A DNA stretch of 64,000 nt from positions 3,616,001 through 3,680,000 of the forward strand of contig OY968796.1 in NCBI GenBank assembly GCA_963695545.1, written 5' to 3'. The notes beneath the pieces are model-generated. The model worked only from the letters and a program-made list of their open reading frames with translations. It did not search any database and had not been told where the DNA came from. Below, piece after piece: positions 27,915-37,590 of this stretch; position 1 is the first letter of the stretch, and the number at the start of each line of letters is the position of its first letter. The DNA comes from Terriglobia bacterium (GTDB lineage: Bacteria; Acidobacteriota; Terriglobia; Acidiferrales; UBA7541). The translations under genes were made by a program, and so were the position numbers.

Positions 27915-30746
27915 TCAGCGCGATGACGATTTTTGAAGGTGCTCGGCCTTGGTGGCAACCAGAGCATAGCCTGAATTCCTGGCGTCCGTATCCAGAGCTG
28001 CTAAGAGCGCCCCTTTCGATTTTGAATCGGAAGGGGTCTCGGTTTCGGCTAGGGCAAGTCTAATCTCGAACTGTAGCCCGACTAGATTTTTCTGCTTTGC
28101 GTCCTTCAATTGCGAGTCGAGGTCCTGCCGGGCGCCTTCGACGTTTCCGCTGCGGGCCTTGAGGCGCGCGGCCGTGATTGCCAGCGACGTCTTTATGACG
28201 TAGTCCTGCACGCCGATTCTTCCCGCGCCGTCGATTTCACTTTGCGCGGCCGTCAGATTGCCCTGCGAAATTAAGGCCCGGGCCAGCGTATCGCGCGCGT
28301 CGCCCTCGCTGTCCGCGAGCTTCTCGTTTTGAAATTCCTCTATCGCTTGGCGGGCCAGTCCTCCGGCTTCACTGGGCTTCCCCTGTTCCAGAGCGAGCTT
28401 TGCGAGGGACAGTCGGCTACCGGCGATATCGGCCTGATCACCGATTCCAGTAAATAATTTCATTTCGTTCTCGTAGTTCTTTCCGGCGCCCGCGAGGTCA
28501 TCCTTGGCCATCTCGATGTCGCCGAGATTGCCGAATCCCGCGGCCGTCGTGCTCTGGAGTTGGGCCTTCTGGGAAGTACTCAAGCCTTGCTGAACATACT
28601 TCCCCGCGAGCGTCAGGTCGCCGGTCTGTAGAAATAACGCCCCGAGATTCTGTAAAGCCACGGCAATCCCACCTTGGTCGCCGATTGCTTGCGAAGTCTT
28701 AAGCGAGTCCTCGAACAATCCCTTCGCCTGCTGGTAATCGCCGTCGGTTTCACAATCCGCGGCCTCATTATTTTCCAGCGTCAGGAGCTGCTGATTGTCC
28801 CCAATCTCGCGTGCAATCCCAATGGCCTCCTGCTCGTCTTTCTGCGCCTCCGCGCTCTGTCCGTCCGTCACTTGGAGATTCGCCAAATTGATGAGCGCAC
28901 CGATGATGTCTTTGTTCGATCCGATCTGGCGAGCCGTGTCCAAGGCCTGTTGGCGCATATCCAAGGCGTTCGCCGTTTGGCCTTGAGCCAGCAGGATGCT
29001 TCCCTCCACAGTTTTCGTGCGCGCCTCAATTTCCAAAGCAAACGGCGCAGCGGTCGCCGATTTCTGGCACGCCGCCATAGCGGGCTGAAGTTGACCTAAC
29101 GTGAATAGCGCGGTGCAATCCTGCCAATAGGCCTGAGCCGCAAGGTAGCGCGATCCGATGCTGGACGCTTTCGCGGCGGCGGCAGCAGCCGAGCTTTCCT
29201 CGAGTTTGACGTTGGACATCGACTCCGCGGCAAAGGCTCGAGCGAGATTGACGCGCGGGTCGTCGCCCATCTGCGGCGTTTTTTCGAGCGTGGCCAGCGT
29301 GGCGAGCGCGTCCTGGCCCTTTCCCGCGGCCGTTTGAACCTTTGCGAGGTCCAATGCGTAGTTTGGCTCATCCTTAAAAACGCCCCACAGATCGCCGTAA
29401 ATTTCGATGGCCTTGTCCCACTCCGAATTGAGCTCGCGATAACGCGCTTCGATCGTGCGCTGATCGACCTCCGAAAGATTCGCGGAGAGCTCGACGGCCC
29501 TTTTCGCCTCATCAAGCGCTTTCGAGTCGTAGCCCAGAAGCTGCCACGATTGTGCGAGCGCGGCGTGCGGAGCAGCCCAATTCGGCTCGAGCGCAATCGC
29601 GCGCTCGAGCGGATCGCGGGCATCGAGAGCATCGAAGGTCCGGAGTTTCGCCAATCCATCCGAATAGAGCCGCGCGGCTTCGGGATCGGACGTCAGAGCG
29701 GCATTCACTTGCGCCGACTGTGTTTCGGATGGAGCTTGAATCTTGAGTTGCGCCCGAAAAGCGTCGCCACTCTGCTTCACCAAATCCGGAAGTGTCCCGA
29801 TGCTCCCGACCTCGGCGAACGAGGAGACAATTTCACCCGAGCTTGCGTTCTCGAGACGCAAATCGAGTCGAATTTGGTCCGATTTCTGATTTCCGGCGGC
29901 GACGTAAGATCCGGCGACGACGTAATCCGAATTCAAGATGCCGCGTAATTTTGCGAGCGTGTCTTTTCCGTAGCTCGGCATTCTGGCCAAGGCCACGTCG
30001 GCTGTGGCCTTGGCAACGTCTTCGCCTGAAATCACGCGCAAGCCCGATCCGGCTGCGAGTTCAGTGTTCAGCATTTCCGGCAGCGCGTTCCCGAGCCAAT
30101 CTTCATCGGCACTCCCGAGGTTCTCGAATCCAACGATGGCCACGGATGGCCGCGGCGTCACGGCAATAACGACTCCCTCGCTTTTCTGGGCCGTTGCATA
30201 GTGGCGATAAATGTGGGCCGTCCCTACAAGAACAATCACGGCGGCCAGGGCCAGCGCGATCGCCATGCGCCGTCGTGATTTCGCGGGCACGCGCGCGGAC
30301 GGCCGCGTCTCCGCGTCGGGCAGAGCTTCCGCGCGCGGCTCGGCTCGCTCCAGCAACATCTTTACGGTGTCCGCCAGGTGGTCGAGGTGCTTCTCCAGCG
30401 GCGGCGTAAGCGCGTCCAGCCAATGGACAGCGCTCATGAAATATTCGAGCGATTCGGTGGGAACCACGTCTTCGATCCGCAGCGGCACGATGATCACGCC
30501 TTTATTCACGGCGCGTTCGATTTCTCGATGGATTTGCGGCGAGCGGTTTGCGTTGGAAGAAAAAACCAGCACCATCACGCGACAATTGTTAATCGCCTGG
30601 ATGATAGACGCTCCCCACTCCACGCCGGGAACCACATCCCGGGGAGCGACCCAGCATCGCACGTGATGCTGCTCGAGCTTTGCGCAAACGGCGTCCGCCG
30701 CCGCTTTATCGTGGTGGGAGTAGCTGATGAAAACGTCGTGCGCCAT
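27915..30746 (-). CDS. TIR domain - transmembrane - TolB-N-like/TPR receptor-like protein
   Basis: HDVFISYSHHD...CWVAPRD..PG...SPQIHREIERA TIR motifs; TM MAIALALAAVIVLVGTA; SVAIVGFENL..DWLG motif; multiple TPR/MalT-type repeats. Confidence 0.88.
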   Translation of the reverse strand: MAHDVFISYSHHDKAAADAVCAKLEQHHVRCWVAPRDVVPGVEWGASIIQAINNCRVMVLVFSSNANRSPQIHREIERAVNKGVIIVPLRIEDVVPTESLEYFMSAVHWLDALTPPLEKHLDHLADTVKMLLERAEPRAEALPDAETRPSARVPAKSRRRMAIALALAAVIVLVGTAHIYRHYATAQKSEGVVIAVTPRPSVAIVGFENLGSADEDWLGNALPEMLNTELAAGSGLRVISGEDVAKATADVALARMPSYGKDTLAKLRGILNSDYVVAGSYVAAGNQKSDQIRLDLRLENASSGEIVSSFAEVGSIGTLPDLVKQSGDAFRAQLKIQAPSETQSAQVNAALTSDPEAARLYSDGLAKLRTFDALDARDPLERAIALEPNWAAPHAALAQSWQLLGYDSKALDEAKRAVELSANLSEVDQRTIEARYRELNSEWDKAIEIYGDLWGVFKDEPNYALDLAKVQTAAGKGQDALATLATLEKTPQMGDDPRVNLARAFAAESMSNVKLEESSAAAAAAKASSIGSRYLAAQAYWQDCTALFTLGQLQPAMAACQKSATAAPFALEIEARTKTVEGSILLAQGQTANALDMRQQALDTARQIGSNKDIIGALINLANLQVTDGQSAEAQKDEQEAIGIAREIGDNQQLLTLENNEAADCETDGDYQQAKGLFEDSLKTSQAIGDQGGIAVALQNLGALFLQTGDLTLAGKYVQQGLSTSQKAQLQSTTAAGFGNLGDIEMAKDDLAGAGKNYENEMKLFTGIGDQADIAGSRLSLAKLALEQGKPSEAGGLARQAIEEFQNEKLADSEGDARDTLARALISQGNLTAAQSEIDGAGRIGVQDYVIKTSLAITAARLKARSGNVEGARQDLDSQLKDAKQKNLVGLQFEIRLALAETETPSDSKSKGALLAALDTDARNSGYALVATKAEHLQKSSSR

Positions 30747-30974
30747 TACCGCCGGGCTCCTGTTCCGGAAAGCGCGGAAGCTGTGGGATTCTATCATCGG
30801 CAGCCGCAGAACCGGCTTCGGCGATGGGACGACGCGGTCCATCGGCTACCGAAGAACATAAGGACATCCGTAGAATCCAGACTTGCGGCCGAGCCAACAT
30901 TCAGCCGTTAGGCATCAAATAGCTGCGGTATGAAAGCGGACGCCGCGGATAGCACGGCACGGGGACAAAACTCA

Positions 30975-31352
30975 ATGGGTCTTATGAATTTCGCGTTGTG
31001 GATTGCCCAAGGGCTGTTGTGCGCGGCGTTTCTGATGGCGGGCTTCATGAAAGTATTTGCATTCGAGAAATATAAGGCCGACGCCGAGAATCGATCGCCG
31101 AATCGCGGATTGGGACTCTCGAAAGGCCTGGTGACATTCATCGGTATCTGCGAGCTTGCCGGAGCCGCAGGAGTGATCGTGCCGCGCGCAGTCTGGATTC
31201 TTCCGTGGCTGACGCCGCTTGCGGCATTCGGTCTTGCGATTATCATGGTGCTGGCCGCCATCTATCATCTGAGGCGGCAAGAGCAGGTGTTTGTGCAGTT
31301 TATTCTTTTCGTTTTGGCCGGATTCGTCGCCGTCGGTCGTATCCTCCACTAG
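30975..31352 (+). CDS. DoxX family membrane protein
   Basis: ALWIAQGLL..FLMAG.MK, FIGICELAGA.G and LTPLAAFGL..IMVLA..YH. Confidence 0.9.
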   Translation: MGLMNFALWIAQGLLCAAFLMAGFMKVFAFEKYKADAENRSPNRGLGLSKGLVTFIGICELAGAAGVIVPRAVWILPWLTPLAAFGLAIIMVLAAIYHLRRQEQVFVQFILFVLAGFVAVGRILH

Positions 31353-31467
31353 TCCGACGCGAAAATTGCGAAGTGCGGCGGAGTGCGGCCAAGACAACCT
31401 TCCTCGCGCGGCCGCTCTCTAAGTCTGTGATATTGTCCGCTGCGAGGCTTCCCAGGAACGAGTCGCC

Positions 31468-32772
31468 ATGCTCACGGCAAAACCTCTGCTCCGAAACACG
31501 CTTCTTGGCGTCATCTCGATCGTGTGCGCATTTATTTTGACAGCCGCGCCGCCGGCGGCGCTGGCGCAATCCGACGCCGGACCTGTATCGCCGGAGCAGC
31601 AGCCGGCCTCGGCGCCAAACTACCCGTCGCAGCAACCCGCCGCTCAGCCCGCGCCGCAAATCACGGGTCCGTCGCAGCCCGATGCAACACCGTCGGTTCC
31701 CGGCCCCGGCGCGATTCGCGTCGACGTCAATCTCACTCTTGTGGACGCCACGCCCAGGAAAATGGACGGCGAAGTTATCTCCGGCCTCAAAATGACCGAT
31801 TTCGTTTTGCAGGAAGACGGTCAGATGCAGCAGATCGTTCATCTTGACCAGGATCAATTGCCGCTGGCCATGGCGCTGGTTGTCGATCTCAGCGGATCCA
31901 TCCAGCCCTATCTCGAATCGCTCAAGGACACGACGGACGTCGCGCTTCAGGCGCTCAAGCCCGAGGACCAAGTGGCGCTGTTCACATTTTCGTCCGAAGT
32001 GCAGAAGCGCGTTCCGCTCACGCGCGATAAGCAGCAGGTGATCGACGCGCTCGATACGCTCCAAGCCGGCGGCTCAACCGATATCAACGACGCGATCTAC
32101 GACGCCGCCGAATATCTCCGCGCGCAATCGCACGGCATGCGCCGCGTGATCGTGCTCGTCAGCGACAATGTTGGCACGCGCGCCGGTTCGGTCACGCCCG
32201 ACGGCGTACTCCAAGCCGTGCTCGAGGCCGATACGCCGGTCTACAGCCTGAAGGTGATCGGCGAGCAGGGCGGCGGATATCACCGCGGTGGTGGCGGCGG
32301 TCCGGGCGGCGGAGGACGCGGCGGCGGCGGTGGTTGGCCTGGCGGAGGCGGTGGCGGCTGGCCCGGCGGCGGAGGTGGCTGGCCCGGTGGCGGCGGGGGT
32401 GGCTACCCCGGTGGTGGAGGACGCGGCGGCGGTGGCTACCCGGGTGGCGGCCGCGGCGGTGGTTCGCAGCAGGCCAATTCGAAGGACATCGTAAACGTTC
32501 AGAAAATCGCCGACGCATCCGGCGGCCAGGTTTTCGACGTGAAGACGGAAGGCTCGCTCGATAAAGCGTTCCAGGATTGTATGGATCGCCTCAAGTTACG
32601 CTACACGCTCGGCTACTACTCGAGCAGCAAATCGACCGCCGGCGGCTATCGCAAGCTGGACGTAAGCCTGATATCGAATTTCGGCAAGCCGGGAAAAGAC
32701 TATACGGTCGCGGCGAAACAGGGTTACTACGCCGCGGTGAGCACGGCGTCCGCTTCGGCGGGCAATCCCTGA
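31468..32772 (+). CDS. Secreted VWA-domain protein (acidobacterial VWFA-related type) with Gly-rich insert
   Basis: Signal peptide, IRVDVNL, DF...EDG, MIDAS DLSGS, GGSTDINDA, VSD and YTLGY. Confidence 0.88.
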   Translation: MLTAKPLLRNTLLGVISIVCAFILTAAPPAALAQSDAGPVSPEQQPASAPNYPSQQPAAQPAPQITGPSQPDATPSVPGPGAIRVDVNLTLVDATPRKMDGEVISGLKMTDFVLQEDGQMQQIVHLDQDQLPLAMALVVDLSGSIQPYLESLKDTTDVALQALKPEDQVALFTFSSEVQKRVPLTRDKQQVIDALDTLQAGGSTDINDAIYDAAEYLRAQSHGMRRVIVLVSDNVGTRAGSVTPDGVLQAVLEADTPVYSLKVIGEQGGGYHRGGGGGPGGGGRGGGGGWPGGGGGGWPGGGGGWPGGGGGGYPGGGGRGGGGYPGGGRGGGSQQANSKDIVNVQKIADASGGQVFDVKTEGSLDKAFQDCMDRLKLRYTLGYYSSSKSTAGGYRKLDVSLISNFGKPGKDYTVAAKQGYYAAVSTASASAGNP

Positions 32773-32811
32773 GAAACATTTTGATGCATTGTGAAAACGG
32801 GTGCGCGGATT

Positions 32812-35046
32812 TTACTGCGCGCCCGCGATCTGCCAGAGCCTGACCGTTCCATCCTTGCTCGAGGAAACCAGCAGCTTCCCGTCGTGACTCATCGACAGGC
32901 TCACCACGGCGTCGGTGTGCCCCGTGAGCGTGTTGAGCAGTTCTCCGCTCGATGCATTCCACACGCCGATGTTCTTATCATCGCTCGCCGAAATCAGGTA
33001 ATTGCCGTCCGGCGTGAACGCGAGATCGTTGATGGCCTGCTGATCGCTCGCGACGAGCATCTTGATCGGCGCGGGAGATCCGCCGCCAACATTCCATAGA
33101 TAAATCACTCCCTTGTTGTCGGCAGTGGCCAAGTGGGTTCCGTCCGCGCTGAACGCCACGGAGTGAATCGCGCCCGTGTGGCTCTTGAGGTCCGCGAATT
33201 GGCTTTGATCTGCAACGGTCCAAAGATAGACCTCGCCGTCATTGCCGCCTTCGGCCAAAAGCCGGCCGTCGGGACTAAAGCGAATCTCGCTGATGTCCGG
33301 CGCGGGGGTTTGAATCGTAGCGATAAATTTTCCGGATGGAATGGCCCACAGCGAAATCGCCTGTCCGCTTCCCGCCGCGGCGATCATCGTGCCGTCGGGG
33401 CTGTACGCCACAGTCCACAGCGGAAAGTCTCCGGGAAAGCTCATCACCGGCGAAGCGTCGGAGGTGTTCCATGTGAATAGCGATTTGTCGCCGGAGGCGC
33501 TGGCCACCTGCTGGCCATCCGGCGTGAAAGCCACGCCGAAAATCGGTCCATTCTGCCGCGACATCGTTTGCACGTTGTTGGTCGCAAGGTTCCAAAGCTT
33601 CAGAGTGTTGTCGTTGTCTCCCGTAGCCAGCGTGTTTCCGTCCGGACTGAGCGCCGTGTTCCACACTTCTCCAGCTTGCGGCGTGAGCACCTGCTTTTCC
33701 ACGTACGCCGGCCCGGTCGAAGTCGTGCCCGCAGTCGGATTGCTGTAAACATTGCTGCTGGAATTCGAGTCCGAAGTCGTGGTCGTGGTGTTGTTGTCTA
33801 CCGTCGAATGCGCGCGCTGATACATGAAACCGATTCCGATCAAAATCGCGACCAAGAGAAATATCCCGCCCACTACGCCGAGCGCCACATAAAGCCACGG
33901 CGAACGCCGCTTCTTCTCCGGCTGCACGTATACCGGCGGCACCGGCGCCTGCGGCTGCGGCTGCCACGGCTGAGCAGGCGGCGGTGTAGGCCACGCTTGC
34001 TGCGATGGAGGAGGCGGCTGCGTCGGCGGTACGCCAGATCCCGCCGGCGCCCCCGCGAAAGTGCCCGGCGCCGGCTGCGGCGCGGTCGCATTCCTGGCCG
34101 CCGTCTGATCCTTGATTTGATCGAGCCAACCGCCCTGAGCCGGCGCGGAAGTTTGCATAGGCGGAGGTGGGGGCGTCGGCGCAGGTGCGTAGGGTGGCGG
34201 CGGTGCGGACTGACTCGTCACTCCGATCACTGCGATTTCGCCGGGGTGCTCGAGCGCCGCGCCAAACGCCTCACAGGTTTGAAAGCGCTCGTCGGGCTTT
34301 TTCGCCAAAGCTTCGAGCGTGGCTCGCTCGATGCCGGCCGGAATGTACGGGTAGTGTCGCGTGGGCAAAGGCGGCGGAGTATTCACGTGCGCGGTCATCA
34401 ACTGATAATCGCTCTGGTCCTCGAACGGCAAGTGCGCCGTCAGAAGTTGGAACAGCGTCACGCCAAGACTGTAAATGTCCGAGCGGATGTCCACCGGCTG
34501 ATTCAAAATTTGTTCCGGCGACATGTAGGCCATGGTTCCCATGCGCGTGCCGGTGCGCGTCATGCTTTTATCGCCGATCACTTTGGCGATTCCGAAATCC
34601 ATGACCTTTACGATTCCGGATTTCGTCACCATGATATTGCTGGGCTTGATGTCGCGGTGAATGATGCCCATGCGATGCGCGTACCCAATGCCCATGAGCG
34701 CTTGCCGGAACAGCGGCACGGCTTCGTCGGAAGGAATCGGTCCGCGTCGCATGATCATTTGCTCGAAACTTTCGCCGTCCAGATATTCCATCACGATCAG
34801 TTGGCGATCGCCGAATCGCTCGAAGGCGTGCAGCGTGGCGATGTTCGTGTGCGATAGCCGCGCTTGGGCCTTGGCTTCGATGCGGAAGCGTTCCATCAGC
34901 TCGCGATTCGCGGAAAGCTCCTCGGCGAGAACTTTGATGGCCACAAAGCGATCAAGCGACGTATCCATCGCCTTGTAAACCGTGCCCATGCCGCCGCTGC
35001 CGAGCTCTTCAAGGAGTTGGTAGTGTCCTATGAATACTTCGTCCAT
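32812..35046 (-). CDS. Hanks-type Ser/Thr protein kinase with Pro-rich linker, TM helix and WD40 propeller
   Basis: GSGGMG, VAIK, HRDIKPSN, DFG and YMSPE; TM WLYVALGVVGGIFLLVAILIGIGF; about 7 WD40 repeats (SPDG...LW). Confidence 0.94.
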   Translation of the reverse strand: MDEVFIGHYQLLEELGSGGMGTVYKAMDTSLDRFVAIKVLAEELSANRELMERFRIEAKAQARLSHTNIATLHAFERFGDRQLIVMEYLDGESFEQMIMRRGPIPSDEAVPLFRQALMGIGYAHRMGIIHRDIKPSNIMVTKSGIVKVMDFGIAKVIGDKSMTRTGTRMGTMAYMSPEQILNQPVDIRSDIYSLGVTLFQLLTAHLPFEDQSDYQLMTAHVNTPPPLPTRHYPYIPAGIERATLEALAKKPDERFQTCEAFGAALEHPGEIAVIGVTSQSAPPPPYAPAPTPPPPPMQTSAPAQGGWLDQIKDQTAARNATAPQPAPGTFAGAPAGSGVPPTQPPPPSQQAWPTPPPAQPWQPQPQAPVPPVYVQPEKKRRSPWLYVALGVVGGIFLLVAILIGIGFMYQRAHSTVDNNTTTTTSDSNSSSNVYSNPTAGTTSTGPAYVEKQVLTPQAGEVWNTALSPDGNTLATGDNDNTLKLWNLATNNVQTMSRQNGPIFGVAFTPDGQQVASASGDKSLFTWNTSDASPVMSFPGDFPLWTVAYSPDGTMIAAAGSGQAISLWAIPSGKFIATIQTPAPDISEIRFSPDGRLLAEGGNDGEVYLWTVADQSQFADLKSHTGAIHSVAFSADGTHLATADNKGVIYLWNVGGGSPAPIKMLVASDQQAINDLAFTPDGNYLISASDDKNIGVWNASSGELLNTLTGHTDAVVSLSMSHDGKLLVSSSKDGTVRLWQIAGAQ

Positions 35047-35204
35047 GGTTGGGCCGGTTGGCGACTCCTCGAGAAAACGCGATTCGCAAATTCTAGCATG
35101 ATTGCCCGTGCCGCTGAATGCGGTTCCCCGCCCGGTTGCGGCGTTCGGAACCCAGGCGAGCCGGGGCGTAGTTTTCGAGCTAACGCCTCCCGTAGAATTG
35201 CGTC

Positions 35205-37208
35205 ATGCCGCGATGGACGCCCGCATCGATCCGCCTGCGCATCAACGCTCGTGCGCGCGCGCCGCGCAAGCCGGGCGCGGATCAAGATGCCCGCGACATT
35301 TTAATTCTCCTTCTGCTGGCTGTGCTGCCATATGTGAACACGTTGTTCTCGAATTTCGTATACGACGACAACTTGCAAGTTCTGGCCAATCCTTTCGTTC
35401 ACAGCTTTCGTCATCTGCGCGAAGTGTTCACCACCACGGTCTGGTCGTTTCAAGGCGCGCAGGGCGTCACGAATTATTACCGGCCGCTGATGACCTTCAG
35501 TTACTTGCTCTGCTACAAACTTTTCGGCCCGGTGCCGTTCGGCTTCCACCTGATCAACATCGCGTGGAACGCGTGGGTGGTTTGCCTGGTGTACTGGGTG
35601 GCGCGAAAAATGTTTGGCGATCGCACCGCTGCTTTGATCGCCGCCGGACTTTTTGCGCTGCACCCGATCCACACGGAATCGGTGGCTTGGATCGCGGGCG
35701 TCACCGATCTCGAACTGACCGCGTTCTTTCTGGTTACGTTCTCGTTGTATCTCGGCCTCTCCGCCGGGGATGGCGCCGCGCAGGGAGAAGGAGCGCGCTC
35801 GCCGCAACTCGGACGCAGGCTGGCGATTGGCGGAGTTTTCGTGCTCGCGCTTCTCTCGAAAGAGCAAGCGATCACTCTTCCCGCGCTGCTCACGGTCTAT
35901 GAGCATTTTTTCCGCGACGACCGCGCCCTCACTTCGTTTCGCGAAAAACTTTCGCGCTATCTGCCGCTGTGGGGCCTCGCGGGAATTTACGTTTTCATTC
36001 GACTTTTTTATCTCGGAGGCATGGCGGCGGTGCGCACGCGGCCCGGGCTCAGCGACAAAGAGATCGTTCTTTCCGCGATCGCCATGGTGGGCCAATATCT
36101 TGGAAAGCTGATTTGGCCGAAACATCTCTCGGCGTTCTACGTTTTCTACAAGAGCAGCGAGTGGACCGATCCTCGCGTTTTATTCGGACTCGCCGGACTT
36201 TTGATCTGCGGCGCCGCGTTCTTGTGGCTCTGGAAAAACGCGCGGACCGCGGCGTTTTCGTTTTTGTGGATGGGCGCGACGCTGGCTCCGGTTCTGAACG
36301 CGCGGTGGATGCCTGCGAGTGTTTTCGCCGAGCGCTACCTCTACTTGCCGTCGGTCGGATTCTGTTGGCTCGTTGGCTGGGGCGTTGCGCGCATTCTGGA
36401 AAATGTGCGCATACCCTCCTTTGCGCGCGCGACCGTAGCGGTCGCAGTCGGTGTCGCTGCGCTCGTCGGAGGAATCGCAACCGTGCGGCGCAATCGCGAT
36501 TGGCGCGACCAGGAAACACTTTTTCTTGAAACGCTCGCGACGAATCCGGATTCCGGCTTGATCCGTTCCAATCTCGGCAGCGTTTACTTCAATCAAGGCG
36601 ACCTCGTTGGCGCGGAACGCGAATGGGATCAGGCGCTCGCGGCGGGACCTCGCAGCGTTTTCACGCTGATCAATTTCGGCTTGCTGCGCCAAAGGCAAGA
36701 TCGCTATTTCGAGTCGCAGCAATTTTTCGAGCGCGCCATCCGCGCGCGCCCGGATTATATGGACGCGCATCTTTATTACGCGGAAATGCTCGAATCCATC
36801 GACCGCGATGCCGAAGCCGACTGGCAATATCGCCTCGCGGTGACGCTCGATCCGTACGATTCGGGCGCGCACTTCGCTTACGGGCAATTCCTGCAAACAC
36901 TCGGCCGGCTCGACGAGGCTAAGGCGCAATACGAGGCATCCGTGGCCGAGGACGTCGTGCCCGGCGCGTACGACGGATTGGGCGACATCTACCAAGCGTG
37001 GCACGAGACGCCGCTCGCCGAGCGCGCGTTCAGAATCGCCGTACAAAACGACGCGCTCGACAGCCATGCGCATTTCGCTCTCGGCGCGATCGAAGCGGCG
37101 GACGGACGTAACGCCGACGCGATTCGCGATTACCGCGCGGGACTCGAAATGGATCCGACGAACGCCGATGCGCTTGCGGCGCTGCGACGATTGGCGGCTT
37201 CGCCATGA
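35205..37208 (+). CDS. TMTC/DUF1736-like multi-TM glycosyltransferase with C-terminal TPRs (start uncertain)
   Basis: FVYDD, YYRPL, LFALHPIHTESVAWI, LLSKE, AERYLYLPS and RNRDW motifs, followed by TPR helices. Confidence 0.85.
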   Translation: MPRWTPASIRLRINARARAPRKPGADQDARDILILLLLAVLPYVNTLFSNFVYDDNLQVLANPFVHSFRHLREVFTTTVWSFQGAQGVTNYYRPLMTFSYLLCYKLFGPVPFGFHLINIAWNAWVVCLVYWVARKMFGDRTAALIAAGLFALHPIHTESVAWIAGVTDLELTAFFLVTFSLYLGLSAGDGAAQGEGARSPQLGRRLAIGGVFVLALLSKEQAITLPALLTVYEHFFRDDRALTSFREKLSRYLPLWGLAGIYVFIRLFYLGGMAAVRTRPGLSDKEIVLSAIAMVGQYLGKLIWPKHLSAFYVFYKSSEWTDPRVLFGLAGLLICGAAFLWLWKNARTAAFSFLWMGATLAPVLNARWMPASVFAERYLYLPSVGFCWLVGWGVARILENVRIPSFARATVAVAVGVAALVGGIATVRRNRDWRDQETLFLETLATNPDSGLIRSNLGSVYFNQGDLVGAEREWDQALAAGPRSVFTLINFGLLRQRQDRYFESQQFFERAIRARPDYMDAHLYYAEMLESIDRDAEADWQYRLAVTLDPYDSGAHFAYGQFLQTLGRLDEAKAQYEASVAEDVVPGAYDGLGDIYQAWHETPLAERAFRIAVQNDALDSHAHFALGAIEAADGRNADAIRDYRAGLEMDPTNADALAALRRLAASP

Positions 37209-37540
37209 GCAACGCGACACGCGACGCGGCGAATGGCGCGGCCGAACGATTGCTTCTCCGCGCGTTGTGCCGCACGGAAACTTCCGGCACGCTGCGCGGC
37301 ACGATGCTTGGCGCGCTCGCGGCGCACCAATTCGTCGAGCCGGAGCACGAAGTGGTGTTCGGCGCGCTGCGCGATTTGCAGAGCGTCGGGCGCGTCGCGA
37401 CGCAAGCGCGCATGGAAGAGATGCTGCTGCGCCGCGGATTTCCCGATCTCGATCTCGCCGGCTACTTCGCCCCGACGGGGCGGGCGATCACGCTCACGGA
37501 AATTTCGGATGCGCTCCGCGCGATCGGGCATAGCAACTGA
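37205..37540 (+). CDS. Hypothetical protein resembling the DnaB helicase N-terminal domain
   Basis: ATGA overlap with upstream gene; AERLLL.AL...F..PEH..VF.AL..L pattern. Confidence 0.55.
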   Translation: MSNATRDAANGAAERLLLRALCRTETSGTLRGTMLGALAAHQFVEPEHEVVFGALRDLQSVGRVATQARMEEMLLRRGFPDLDLAGYFAPTGRAITLTEISDALRAIGHSN

Positions 37541-37559
37541 GCGCGGCGCGAACAAAACC

Positions 37560-37588
37560 GGGCGGAGGCAAGCTCCGCCCCTACAAAA
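37560..37588 (-). repeat. GTAG-family REP
   Basis: Minus strand GTAGGGGCGGAGCTTGCCTCCGCCC; 28/29 identical to 42761-42789; lies between convergent genes. Confidence 0.85.
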
Positions 37589-37590
37589 AC

